Positions 28,151 through 36,293 of a DNA stretch of 64,000 nt are shown here, one piece after another. Numbering within the stretch: the first letter of the stretch is position 1; the number at the start of each line of letters is the position of its first letter. Where the stretch lies: positions 64,001 through 128,000 of the forward strand of contig CAZPQW010000005.1 of assembly GCA_964588985.1 (NCBI GenBank). The letters run 5' to 3'. The position numbers and the translations under genes are program-made. Under the pieces are notes generated by a model. That model was not told where the DNA came from. It ran no database searches and saw only the letters and a program-made list of their open reading frames with translations. This DNA comes from an uncultured Solirubrobacteraceae bacterium (GTDB taxonomy: Bacteria > Actinomycetota > Thermoleophilia > Solirubrobacterales > Solirubrobacteraceae).

Positions 28151-29611
28151 ATGCCATCGAAGCGTTGCAGAGGGCGACGCACCGCAAGCCGGCTGACAAC
28201 CGTGCTGGCGCTCGCGCTAACGGCCTTCTGCGTTCTCGCGGCCAACGCGTTCGCGGTCAAGGTCGACATCGTCACGCAGGGTGCGATACCGAACAACCCG
28301 CCGAAAAAAGTGGCGTATTTCCACCACATCCAGGAAGCGGTCAACGCCACGCACCGTGGCGACTGGGTCCTGATCGAGCCGGGCGTCTACACCGAAGAAG
28401 TCAAGATCACCAAGGCGCACTCGGACATCTACGTCCGCGGCATGGACCGTAACTCGGTGATCGTCGACGGCCAGAACATCCAGGTGCCGGGCGGCCGCAA
28501 CGGGATCGAAGTCTACAAGGCGAACAAGGTGTGGATCGAAAACCTCACCGTGCGCAACTTCGACAAGGAAGGGCTCAACGGTGCCGGCGGCAACGAGATC
28601 TGGTGGAACGGCGGCGCCGACTCCGGGCGCATCCACGCGCGCGGATGGTACGGCTCGTATCTGACCGCCTACGACACCGGCCTGGACGGCGGCTACGGCA
28701 TCTTCACCAACAACGAGATCGAAGGCGAATGGAACCACATCTACGCCTCCGGCTTCAACGACTCGGGCATGTACCTGGGCGCCTGCGCCGAATGCAAGGC
28801 GCGCATCAACGATGCCACCATGGAAAACAACGCGCTGGGCTACTCGGGATCGAACTCGGGCGGCAACCTCGTGATCGAAAACTCGACCATCAGGAACAAC
28901 AGCGCGGGGATCGCGCCGAACTCGGAAAACCCGGGCGACGGACCGCCGCCTCAGAACGGCGCGTGCAACCCGATCCCGCCATATCGCAAGGGTCACAAGA
29001 TCCTGCCCACGTTCGAAACGACCGAAATCGAACGGTGCACGATCATCCGCAACAACCTGCTCGAAAACAACAACAACCTCAGCGCACCCGCCAACACGTC
29101 CGCTTCGGCGTCCCCGTGGGGCACCGGCGTGGAGCTCCCGGGCGACTACGGCGATCTCGTCGAAGGCAACACGTTCGTGGGCAACGCGACCGATGCGGTG
29201 ATGGCGTTCGAGTACCCCAACCCGTTCCCGCCCGAAGAAGACACGATCTTCTTCGCCGCGAGTGGGAACAAGATCGCGAACAACAAATTCATCGACAACG
29301 GCACAGCTCCGGTGAAATACCCCGGCGACGTGTTCATGGCGGGAGGCGTGTTCACCGAATCGACGAACAACTGCGCCTCCGGCAATGAATTCACAGCGGC
29401 CACGTACCCGGCGAACATCGAGGGAACGTGGGGCTGTCAGAACAAAACCACGCCGGCTCCCTCGGAACTGGGCTTCGCGGGCGTGGAATACCTGCTGGAA
29501 CTGCAGGAAATGTCGCTCGCCAGGGAACCGGTGCCGCAGCCCGCGCCACCGGCACAGGTAAGCATGCCCAACCCCTGCGAAGGGGTACCGACGAACCCGC
29601 TGTGCCCGTAG
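28151..29611 (+). CDS. Secreted right-handed parallel beta-helix protein
   Basis: Signal peptide; IQEAVN...GDWVLIEPGVY, IRNNLLENN repeats; Asn/Gly-rich. Confidence 0.8.
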   Translation: MPSKRCRGRRTASRLTTVLALALTAFCVLAANAFAVKVDIVTQGAIPNNPPKKVAYFHHIQEAVNATHRGDWVLIEPGVYTEEVKITKAHSDIYVRGMDRNSVIVDGQNIQVPGGRNGIEVYKANKVWIENLTVRNFDKEGLNGAGGNEIWWNGGADSGRIHARGWYGSYLTAYDTGLDGGYGIFTNNEIEGEWNHIYASGFNDSGMYLGACAECKARINDATMENNALGYSGSNSGGNLVIENSTIRNNSAGIAPNSENPGDGPPPQNGACNPIPPYRKGHKILPTFETTEIERCTIIRNNLLENNNNLSAPANTSASASPWGTGVELPGDYGDLVEGNTFVGNATDAVMAFEYPNPFPPEEDTIFFAASGNKIANNKFIDNGTAPVKYPGDVFMAGGVFTESTNNCASGNEFTAATYPANIEGTWGCQNKTTPAPSELGFAGVEYLLELQEMSLAREPVPQPAPPAQVSMPNPCEGVPTNPLCP

Positions 29612-29649
29612 TCGAGTAGGGACACATCGGCAGTTGACATAGGCAGTGA

Positions 29650-29678
29650 GCGGCGCCGCCCGACGAGGGCGGCGCCGC
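29650..29678. terminator. Probable bidirectional terminator hairpin
   Basis: Perfect 12-bp stem GCGGCGCCGCCC-gacga-GGGCGGCGCCGC between convergent genes. Confidence 0.7.
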
Positions 29679-29714
29679 CACTTAAAGGGACAGACGCTGA
29701 CTCCGAGCGTGCGG

Positions 29715-31163
29715 TCAGACCAGCTCGAGCAGTGGGAAGGCGCGGTTGCGCCTCGGCGGCACGAGGAAGTTCTGGCGGCGTGTGGCGGTGATGAAGCGCT
29801 CGATGCCGAGGTTCTGCGCGGGGACGTTGTACCGCTGCGCCAGGTCGACCGAGGCCTGGCTGCGACGCATCGTCGCGAAGAAGTCCGCGGTCGGGACGAA
29901 GATGCCGAAGTGCAGCTTCGGCTGCGAGGAGCCGTCGGGCACGTCGAGCGAGTCGAAGCCCGGGCCGTCCGCGCGGATGTGCATCGGCGTGCGGTCGTGC
30001 GCCCGGCTGGAGCGCTGCAGCGCGACCGTGTGGCCGATGTGCGGCTGTCCGTCGAAGTTGCTCGCGCCTTCGGCTTCGCGTTCGGCCGCTTCGGGGCTCA
30101 CCGCCGCGTTTGCAATCGATGTCGGACCACCGCCGCCGGTGAACTGGTCGGCGTTACCGCGTCTGGGGACGGGATTGGCGCTGAACATCTCGGCCGCACG
30201 GCGCACGTACGTTTCGCCCGGACGTTCGTAGAACTGCTGGAGGTCCTGGATCAGATGCGACAGGTGCATCACCGAGCCGTGGTTGAAGTAGTCGTGCGAC
30301 CGCGCGGTGGTGAGCTTGGCCGAGCCGTTGCCGAGAAACGTCACTATCGGCGGCGGGCCGCTGCTGCCGACCTGCTGTGAGATGAAGCCCATCCACATCG
30401 GCGAGAGCGGGTTGATCGTCGCGGCGTACGGCAGCGTGTGTTCTTCGGCGAGCCTGCGCGGCAGGCCCTGCTGCACGAACATCAGCCGCCGCGAGCTGAC
30501 GCGCAGGAGGCCGCCCAGACCCGAGCTTCCGCCCTGGACGCCCGCGAGCGTGGAGCTTTCGCCAGCCAGCCAGCTGAGCGCTTCGTCGATCACAGCGGTG
30601 GAGTCGCTGCGAAGCATCAGCACCATGTCGTTGGACTCGATCCGCACGGGCACGTCGAAGCGGAGCTTCTGCACCGCGGGGTTCACTGGCGAGACGTCGG
30701 TTGGGCCTGGGACGGCCTCCTCGAAGGCATAGCGCTGCGGTTCGGCTGCCAGGCGCGGCATGTGCGCGGAGACGAGCGCGCCACTCATTCCGCCGGGCAG
30801 GCGTTCGAAGTACGGCACGCCGTAGGCGATCGTCATGAACACGCCGCTCGGGCTGAAGGGGTAGCTCGCCTCGACCTTGGCCAGGGCCGCCGCCAGCGCC
30901 GCCTGGTCTGAGAGCGTCGGCGTTCGCGTCAGTTCCACCGTGGCGAACGTCGTGTACGTCGGCCCGAAGCGGACCTTCACGCCTTCGATCGAAACCGCGT
31001 GCGGGAGGTACTTTTCGATCTGGAACTGGACTTCCGGCAGGCCCGACTTGGTCGCCGCGCCAGCGCGCTGCGGGACCCACGCCAGCAGATCCAGCGCACT
31101 CATCGTGGAGGCGGCCACGCCCAGCCCCACCGCACGCTGCATCAGGGTTCGCCGCGTGATCAC
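29715..31163 (-). CDS. Tat-exported protein, DyP-peroxidase-like (DUF7405-like)
   Basis: TRRTLMQ twin-arginine signal; PMWMGF, MHLSHL, GHTVALQR, RRQNFLVPPR motifs. Confidence 0.6.
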   Translation of the reverse strand: MITRRTLMQRAVGLGVAASTMSALDLLAWVPQRAGAATKSGLPEVQFQIEKYLPHAVSIEGVKVRFGPTYTTFATVELTRTPTLSDQAALAAALAKVEASYPFSPSGVFMTIAYGVPYFERLPGGMSGALVSAHMPRLAAEPQRYAFEEAVPGPTDVSPVNPAVQKLRFDVPVRIESNDMVLMLRSDSTAVIDEALSWLAGESSTLAGVQGGSSGLGGLLRVSSRRLMFVQQGLPRRLAEEHTLPYAATINPLSPMWMGFISQQVGSSGPPPIVTFLGNGSAKLTTARSHDYFNHGSVMHLSHLIQDLQQFYERPGETYVRRAAEMFSANPVPRRGNADQFTGGGGPTSIANAAVSPEAAEREAEGASNFDGQPHIGHTVALQRSSRAHDRTPMHIRADGPGFDSLDVPDGSSQPKLHFGIFVPTADFFATMRRSQASVDLAQRYNVPAQNLGIERFITATRRQNFLVPPRRNRAFPLLELV

Positions 31164-31190
31164 CGGCGAATGGTAAACGCAGTGTGCTCG

Positions 31191-32534
31191 TCAGGTCAAT
31201 TGATGTGCAAGCTCGCGGAAGCGCTCCCCCCGCTCCTCGAAGTTGACGAAGAAGTCATAGCTTGGGGCCGCCGGCGAGAGCAGCACGACGCCACCGCCCT
31301 GCGCCAGCCCACGCGCCAGCTCGACCGCCTCGGCGAGATCGGACGCTTCGACTGCCCGCTCCTGCTCCGCCCCAGCCTCGCGAGCGGATGCGATGAGCCG
31401 CGGGCCCGTCGACGGCACCCCGATCACCGTGGCCCCGCGCTCGGCGAGCGCCCGCCCGAGCCCGGCGTAGTCCTGCCCCCTGTCCTGCCCACCGCCGATC
31501 AGCACCACGTCGCGTCCCGGAAAGCTGGCGAGCGCCGCGAGCGCGGACTCGGGCGTGGTGGAGATCGAGTCGTCCACCCACGTGACACCGTCGCGCTCCA
31601 GCACCGTCTCGAGTCGATGCGCGAGCGGACGGAAGTCGGCTAGCGCGTGCGACAGATCGGCAGGGAGCTCGACGCCGAGCGCCTCCAGCGCCGTCAGCGC
31701 CGCACACAGGTTCAGTGCGTTGTGCTCGCCGTGCAGCGGCAGATCGGCGCGCGCGAACTTCGACTCGCCGTGGAGAGTGATCCCACCATCGGCCGGCTCC
31801 CAGCCGCCGGGCACGCCGAACACCTCCACCTCGATGTCCGGATGGGCGCGCGCGATCCGCTCCTCGCGCTCGCCGACGACGGCCACGCGCACCCCGGGCA
31901 GTCCGAGGATCCGCAGCTTGTCCGCGCGGTAGGCGTCCTCGGAGCCGTGCCAGTCGGTGTGCTCGCGAAAGAGGTTCGTGATCACGGCCACCTCGGGTCC
32001 GGTGCTCAGATCGGCGAGCTGGTAGCTGGACAGCTCGACCACGGTCACCTCCGCGACGTCCTCGTCGAGCAGGTCGAGTGCGGGGACGCCGATGTTGCCC
32101 GCGAGCTGCACCGTCCGCCCCGCGGCGCGAGCCACGTGCGCGGCGAGCGCGGCGGTGGTGCTCTTGCCCTTCGTGCCCGTCACCCCGATCACGCCATCGC
32201 CGCCGCGCTCGGCCAGCCACAGCGCGGTGGCGGTCGTCACGGGCAGACCGGCATCGCGCAGCGCGATCAGCTCCGGCCGGTAGATCGACACGCCGGGCGA
32301 GCGCACGAGCACGTCGCAACCCGCGAGCGCAGCCGACGCCTCCCCGCTGCTCACCACCTGCACGGCCGGGGTGCGGAGCGTCTCGCCCACGTCCTGCAGG
32401 GGAGGCTCGTCGAAGACCGCGACCGCTATCCGCGCCGACGGCAGGCACTTGGCGAGCTGCGCGGCGAGCGATGTGATCTCCCGTCCGGCGCCCCACACGC
32501 CGATGCGGGCGCCGTCAAGCTCCGAGAACCGCAC
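31191..32534 (-). CDS. murD: UDP-MurNAc-L-Ala--glutamate ligase (MurD2 type)
   Basis: VRSPGVS, GVTGTKGKSTT, ELSSYQ, DDSISTTPES, LLSPAAPSYD; coupled to murL. Confidence 0.9.
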   Translation of the reverse strand: MRFSELDGARIGVWGAGREITSLAAQLAKCLPSARIAVAVFDEPPLQDVGETLRTPAVQVVSSGEASAALAGCDVLVRSPGVSIYRPELIALRDAGLPVTTATALWLAERGGDGVIGVTGTKGKSTTAALAAHVARAAGRTVQLAGNIGVPALDLLDEDVAEVTVVELSSYQLADLSTGPEVAVITNLFREHTDWHGSEDAYRADKLRILGLPGVRVAVVGEREERIARAHPDIEVEVFGVPGGWEPADGGITLHGESKFARADLPLHGEHNALNLCAALTALEALGVELPADLSHALADFRPLAHRLETVLERDGVTWVDDSISTTPESALAALASFPGRDVVLIGGGQDRGQDYAGLGRALAERGATVIGVPSTGPRLIASAREAGAEQERAVEASDLAEAVELARGLAQGGGVVLLSPAAPSYDFFVNFEERGERFRELAHQLT

Positions 32535-33888
32535 GCACGTCCGCCATCAGAGAAGCCGGCACCTCATGGTTGTCGCTCAGCGCGAGCACCGCCTCCGGGT
32601 CGCCCTCGCCGGGCGCGTATCGCGGCAGCACCTCCTCCACGAGACGCCGCACGACCGCGTGCGCGCTCCAGCGCTCGTCGCGTGCGAGCAGGCGGATCGC
32701 GGCGAGGCTCTCCTGCTCCTCGCCGACGCACTCGAACGGCTTGTGCCCGCCGGTCGCGGTGAGCAGCGCGAAGCCGTCGAACTGCCGCTCGTCGTCCAGC
32801 AGATCGCTCCCGAAGATCTCGCGCAGATGCTCGGGCGTGGAGAACGGCGCGAGCGCGAGGAACACGAACCGGCACTTGGGGCAGTCGCGGCACCACGACG
32901 CCGCGCGCAGCGCCGGGTCGAGCCGGAAGATCGCGTTGCAGCTGGTGAACGCCGCGTGGTAGGCGTCCATGCGCGCGAACGCGCGCGCGATCGCGAGCTC
33001 CGAGGCGGGGCGCAGCAGCGAGAACACCCGGAGTCCCGGCGCCACCTCGGCGACGGCCGCGCTCAGCAGCCGCTCGGCGCGCAGGCCCTTGCTGAACTGG
33101 TGGTTGACGTCCACGCCGTCCCAGCTCACGTTGCCGGCGGAGGCGGAGCGCTCGTTGGCCATCGCCACCGCGTCGAACCCGTTCAGCGCGGCGCTCAGCA
33201 GCGCCACGCACGACACGATCGCGGTGATCGGCACGTGACCGTTGATCGCGCCAGCGTCGTTGAGCGCCCTCAGCCCCGGGTCCAGGCGACGGCGCGCGAG
33301 CAGGTGAGGAAGCCCCGCCACCGCGACCGTGCGCGCGATCGGAGGTGCGTCGCCGATCGAGAACAGCGCCGGCTCGCGCCCGGAGCGGCGGGCGATCTCG
33401 ATCGCCACCGCGGAGTCCTTGCCACCGCCAACCGGCACGAGCATCCGCCCCACGTCCTCATTTTCAGGAGCGACAGGCACATAGCGACTCCCGTCCGCCC
33501 GAAAGCGCGGTCGCGGCAGCGCCGCCAGGTTGTTCGTGTACGCCAGCTCGCCGAGGCCCTCCGAGTAGAGCGCTTCGAGCAGGGCGCCCGTCGCGGGTGG
33601 CGGCGCGCCCGTCTCGAGGCTCACGCTCGTCGGCAGCGCGGTCTTGAAGTAGCTCACCCCGGCGACCCAGTGCAGCAGCGACAGCAGCCCGTCCACGCGC
33701 TCGACGTCGGCGTCGGTCAGCTCGCCGTCGATCGGCAGGTCGAACTCCTCCACGAAGAAGATCTCCTCGTCGAGCGCGTAGCGGAGCGTGACGCGTCCAC
33801 GCGCGTCGAGCTCGCGTGCAAGGAAGCGAAACGCTCCAAACGCCGTCGGGTCGAACAGCGCGGGGGCACGCTTGGCGTCGGCTGCCAT
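32515..33888 (-). CDS. murL: UDP-MurNAc-L-Ala-L-Glu epimerase MurL
   Basis: VSYFKT, PVGGGKDS (PP-loop), NGHVPIT, ANERSAS, VNHQFSK, WCRDCPKCRFVFL, KPFECVGE; leaderless TACGCT-N6-ATG start. Confidence 0.82.
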   Translation of the reverse strand: MAADAKRAPALFDPTAFGAFRFLARELDARGRVTLRYALDEEIFFVEEFDLPIDGELTDADVERVDGLLSLLHWVAGVSYFKTALPTSVSLETGAPPPATGALLEALYSEGLGELAYTNNLAALPRPRFRADGSRYVPVAPENEDVGRMLVPVGGGKDSAVAIEIARRSGREPALFSIGDAPPIARTVAVAGLPHLLARRRLDPGLRALNDAGAINGHVPITAIVSCVALLSAALNGFDAVAMANERSASAGNVSWDGVDVNHQFSKGLRAERLLSAAVAEVAPGLRVFSLLRPASELAIARAFARMDAYHAAFTSCNAIFRLDPALRAASWCRDCPKCRFVFLALAPFSTPEHLREIFGSDLLDDERQFDGFALLTATGGHKPFECVGEEQESLAAIRLLARDERWSAHAVVRRLVEEVLPRYAPGEGDPEAVLALSDNHEVPASLMADVRAVLGA

Positions 33889-33923
33889 GCCCCCAGCGTA
33901 GAGCGAGCTTCGGCCGCGCGTAC

Positions 33924-34535
33924 CTATGCGTACTCGAGATCGGGCTCGGGCTCGCCCGTGAACAGCCACGGCACGGCGTTGCCGATCACCTGACCGCGGA
34001 AGCGCTTGCGCGCCCCGTACACCACCCACGTCGTGTCCACCGCGCCGTAGGTCTCCTCCACGCGCAGCACGTCCGGGTATTCGCTCGCATAGTGCAGGTG
34101 GGTGAGGCCGGCGTGGTACTCGCCGGCGAGCAGGTGGCGCGCGACGACCGGCTTGGAGGGCTCGTCGATCAGCTCCTCCCAGCGGGTCAGGTCGGGGTAT
34201 CCGCGCGTCGCCGCCACGATCCCCATGCTCCTCGGGGGATCCGGCGCGTCGTGGCGGACGAGCAGCGCGAGCTCCTTGGTGGGGTAGATGAACGTGTCGA
34301 TCACGAACACCTCTTTGTAGTAGCGCTCGGTGACGAGGTGGACCTGCGTGTGCGCGCTGCACTGCACGAGGAACGTGTCGGGCTCGTCGCGCACGCGATG
34401 GATGTCGCCGAGCAGGTCTTCCGAGAGCTCGATCCGCACCGACGTCAGGCCCTGCAGCTCGAGGTAGCGCTTCAGCGCGTTCTCGTGACAGGTGCCCGTC
34501 GGCCCCAGCGTGATGAACGTCGGCTGCGCGCTCAT
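33924..34535 (-). CDS. BacA/AerD-like prephenate decarboxylase (prephenate dehydratase fold, no ACT domain)
   Basis: TLGPTGT start, ARHLLAGEYHAGLTH, TTWVVYG; 203 aa, similar in size and layout to Bacillus BacA as recalled. Confidence 0.65.
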   Translation of the reverse strand: MSAQPTFITLGPTGTCHENALKRYLELQGLTSVRIELSEDLLGDIHRVRDEPDTFLVQCSAHTQVHLVTERYYKEVFVIDTFIYPTKELALLVRHDAPDPPRSMGIVAATRGYPDLTRWEELIDEPSKPVVARHLLAGEYHAGLTHLHYASEYPDVLRVEETYGAVDTTWVVYGARKRFRGQVIGNAVPWLFTGEPEPDLEYA

Positions 34536-34822
34536 CGCTCCTCCGCGATCGCCGCCATCAGCTCGTCCTCCATCCTGCAGGTGGCATCGATCAGCAGCTC
34601 GAACAGCGCAGCGGTGAAGTCCGCCGGGAGCCTCACCTCCGCGCCGCGATCGAGATAGCGCGCACGGACCTGCTCGACGCGGCCGGGCTGCATCATCGGG
34701 ATGTCGTTCGCGCGCTTGTGGAGGGCTATCTCGCGGCAAGTCTCGAAGCGCTCGCCGAGCAACCGCACGATCTCCTCGTCGAGCTCGTCGAGGCGCGCGC
34801 GAAATGGCTCGAGGCCGCTCAT
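34532..34822 (-). CDS. AroQ chorismate mutase, PapB/CmlD (4-amino-4-deoxychorismate mutase) type
   Basis: RARLDELD...HKRANDIPMMQPGRV...LIDATCRMED. Confidence 0.8.
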   Translation of the reverse strand: MSGLEPFRARLDELDEEIVRLLGERFETCREIALHKRANDIPMMQPGRVEQVRARYLDRGAEVRLPADFTAALFELLIDATCRMEDELMAAIAEER

Positions 34823-35781
34823 TCGTCGCGCCCTCCGAGCAGGCCGGTCGCGAACGCGTGACTGCACGCGGCGAGCGTGTCGAGGTCGTAGCCGCCCTCC
34901 TGCACCACGCACACCGGCAGCTGCGAGTCGGCCAGCAGACGTCCGATCTCCGCGAAGATCGCCGGGCTGAACGTCCAGCAGCCATGCGGATCTCCACGCA
35001 CCGTGTCGTAGCCGAGCGACAGCACGAGCACGGCCGCGGACTGCGCGATCTCGTCGATCGACGCCGCCGCGGCGGCGAGGTAGCTGGCTTCGCTCGGAGC
35101 CTCGGCGAAGGCGACAAGCCGCTCGCGAGAGCTCAGCGGCTCGACCGTTCCCGTCGGCGAGTTCGCCACCGGCGAGGCGTGCAGCGAGTGCAGGCTCGTG
35201 TCGCTCATCAGCGCGGCGATCGCGGCGGTGCCGTTCGGGTAGTGGATGTCGAGGTCGAGGATCCCGATCGGTCCGACGCCCCCCTCGCGCAGCGTCTGCA
35301 CGGCGGCGGCGGCGTTGTTGAGGTAGCAGTAGCCGCCGAGCCAGCCCGGGCCGGCGTGATGTCCCGGCGGGCGACACAGCGCGTAGGCGTAGTGCGAGCC
35401 GTCGAGGATCCGGCGCGCGGCCGTGATCGCCGTGCGCACTCCCTCATACGCCACCGCCGCCACGCCCGCGCTCACGGGCGTGTCCGGGGCCATGCCGGGA
35501 GCGGCGAAGCGCTCCATCAGCACCGGCTCGCCCGAGCGGACGCGCATAAGCGCCTCGAGGTAGTCGCGCTCGTGCAGCGCGCTCACCGTCTGGCGCACCT
35601 GCTCGAAGGCCGCGTCGGCCTGGGCGGTCAGAACACCCGGATGCTGCGTCAGGCCAGCGCGCAGCTCCGACAGCCGCCTGTCGTGATCGCGGCCCTCGAG
35701 CCTGCGCCCGTGCGCGTCGAGGATCCACGGCTGGGCGTGCGCCGAGCCCGGACGTTGCTCGATCGCGAGCATCTCGCTCAT
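34819..35781 (-). CDS. Histone-deacetylase / acetylpolyamine amidohydrolase family enzyme
   Basis: RPPGHHA, GGYCYLNNAA, DLDIHYPNGT, SLGYD, QEGGY. Confidence 0.88.
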   Translation of the reverse strand: MSEMLAIEQRPGSAHAQPWILDAHGRRLEGRDHDRRLSELRAGLTQHPGVLTAQADAAFEQVRQTVSALHERDYLEALMRVRSGEPVLMERFAAPGMAPDTPVSAGVAAVAYEGVRTAITAARRILDGSHYAYALCRPPGHHAGPGWLGGYCYLNNAAAAVQTLREGGVGPIGILDLDIHYPNGTAAIAALMSDTSLHSLHASPVANSPTGTVEPLSSRERLVAFAEAPSEASYLAAAAASIDEIAQSAAVLVLSLGYDTVRGDPHGCWTFSPAIFAEIGRLLADSQLPVCVVQEGGYDLDTLAACSHAFATGLLGGRDE

Positions 35782-36293
35782 GGGATCCGCCTGCGCATGC
35801 GCGGACCGTTTGCCGTGAAGCCGTTGCTCAGGTAGAAGCCCTCGGTCGCGGAGAAGTTCGAGAAGCTCTCGCGCGGAAGCCCCACCTCGATGCGTTCCAT
35901 GTGTCGGCCGCGCGTGAGCTCGACGAGCGCCTCCACCAGTCCCGCCCCGACCGCCTGCCCGCGCCAGGCTGGATCGACCCACAGGTCCTGGATCAGCGCA
36001 TAGGACCCCGGCACGTGGATCGCCATCTGCCAGCTCGCCGCGAGCACGCCCACGATCGCCACACGCGCCTGCGCCACGAGCACCGCGCCCTCCCAGGGGC
36101 TTGCGATCAGCGTGCGCGTCGCATCCTCCATCGCCGCGGTGCTCGTCGGCGTCCCATCGAGCTCCAGCAGCAGGGCCCTCACCGCACCGGCGACCGCCTC
36201 GACGTCGTCGCCGGTGGCGGCGCGCACGCTCCATCCGAGACTCGAAGCCGCATCCGAAGCGGACGCCTGCACCTCGGCGGCGTGCTCACTCAT
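35778..36293 (-). CDS. GNAT family N-acyltransferase
   Basis: IQDLWVDPAWRGQAVGAGLV motif A, FYLSNGF; ATGA overlaps at both ends. Confidence 0.85.
   Translation of the reverse strand: MSEHAAEVQASASDAASSLGWSVRAATGDDVEAVAGAVRALLLELDGTPTSTAAMEDATRTLIASPWEGAVLVAQARVAIVGVLAASWQMAIHVPGSYALIQDLWVDPAWRGQAVGAGLVEALVELTRGRHMERIEVGLPRESFSNFSATEGFYLSNGFTANGPRMRRRIP

Noticed and set aside
31191-33888. murL-murD as part of the tRNA/ArgRS cassette
   Set aside because: It has its own leaderless -10 element, is not translationally coupled (35-bp gap) and has a known housekeeping role.
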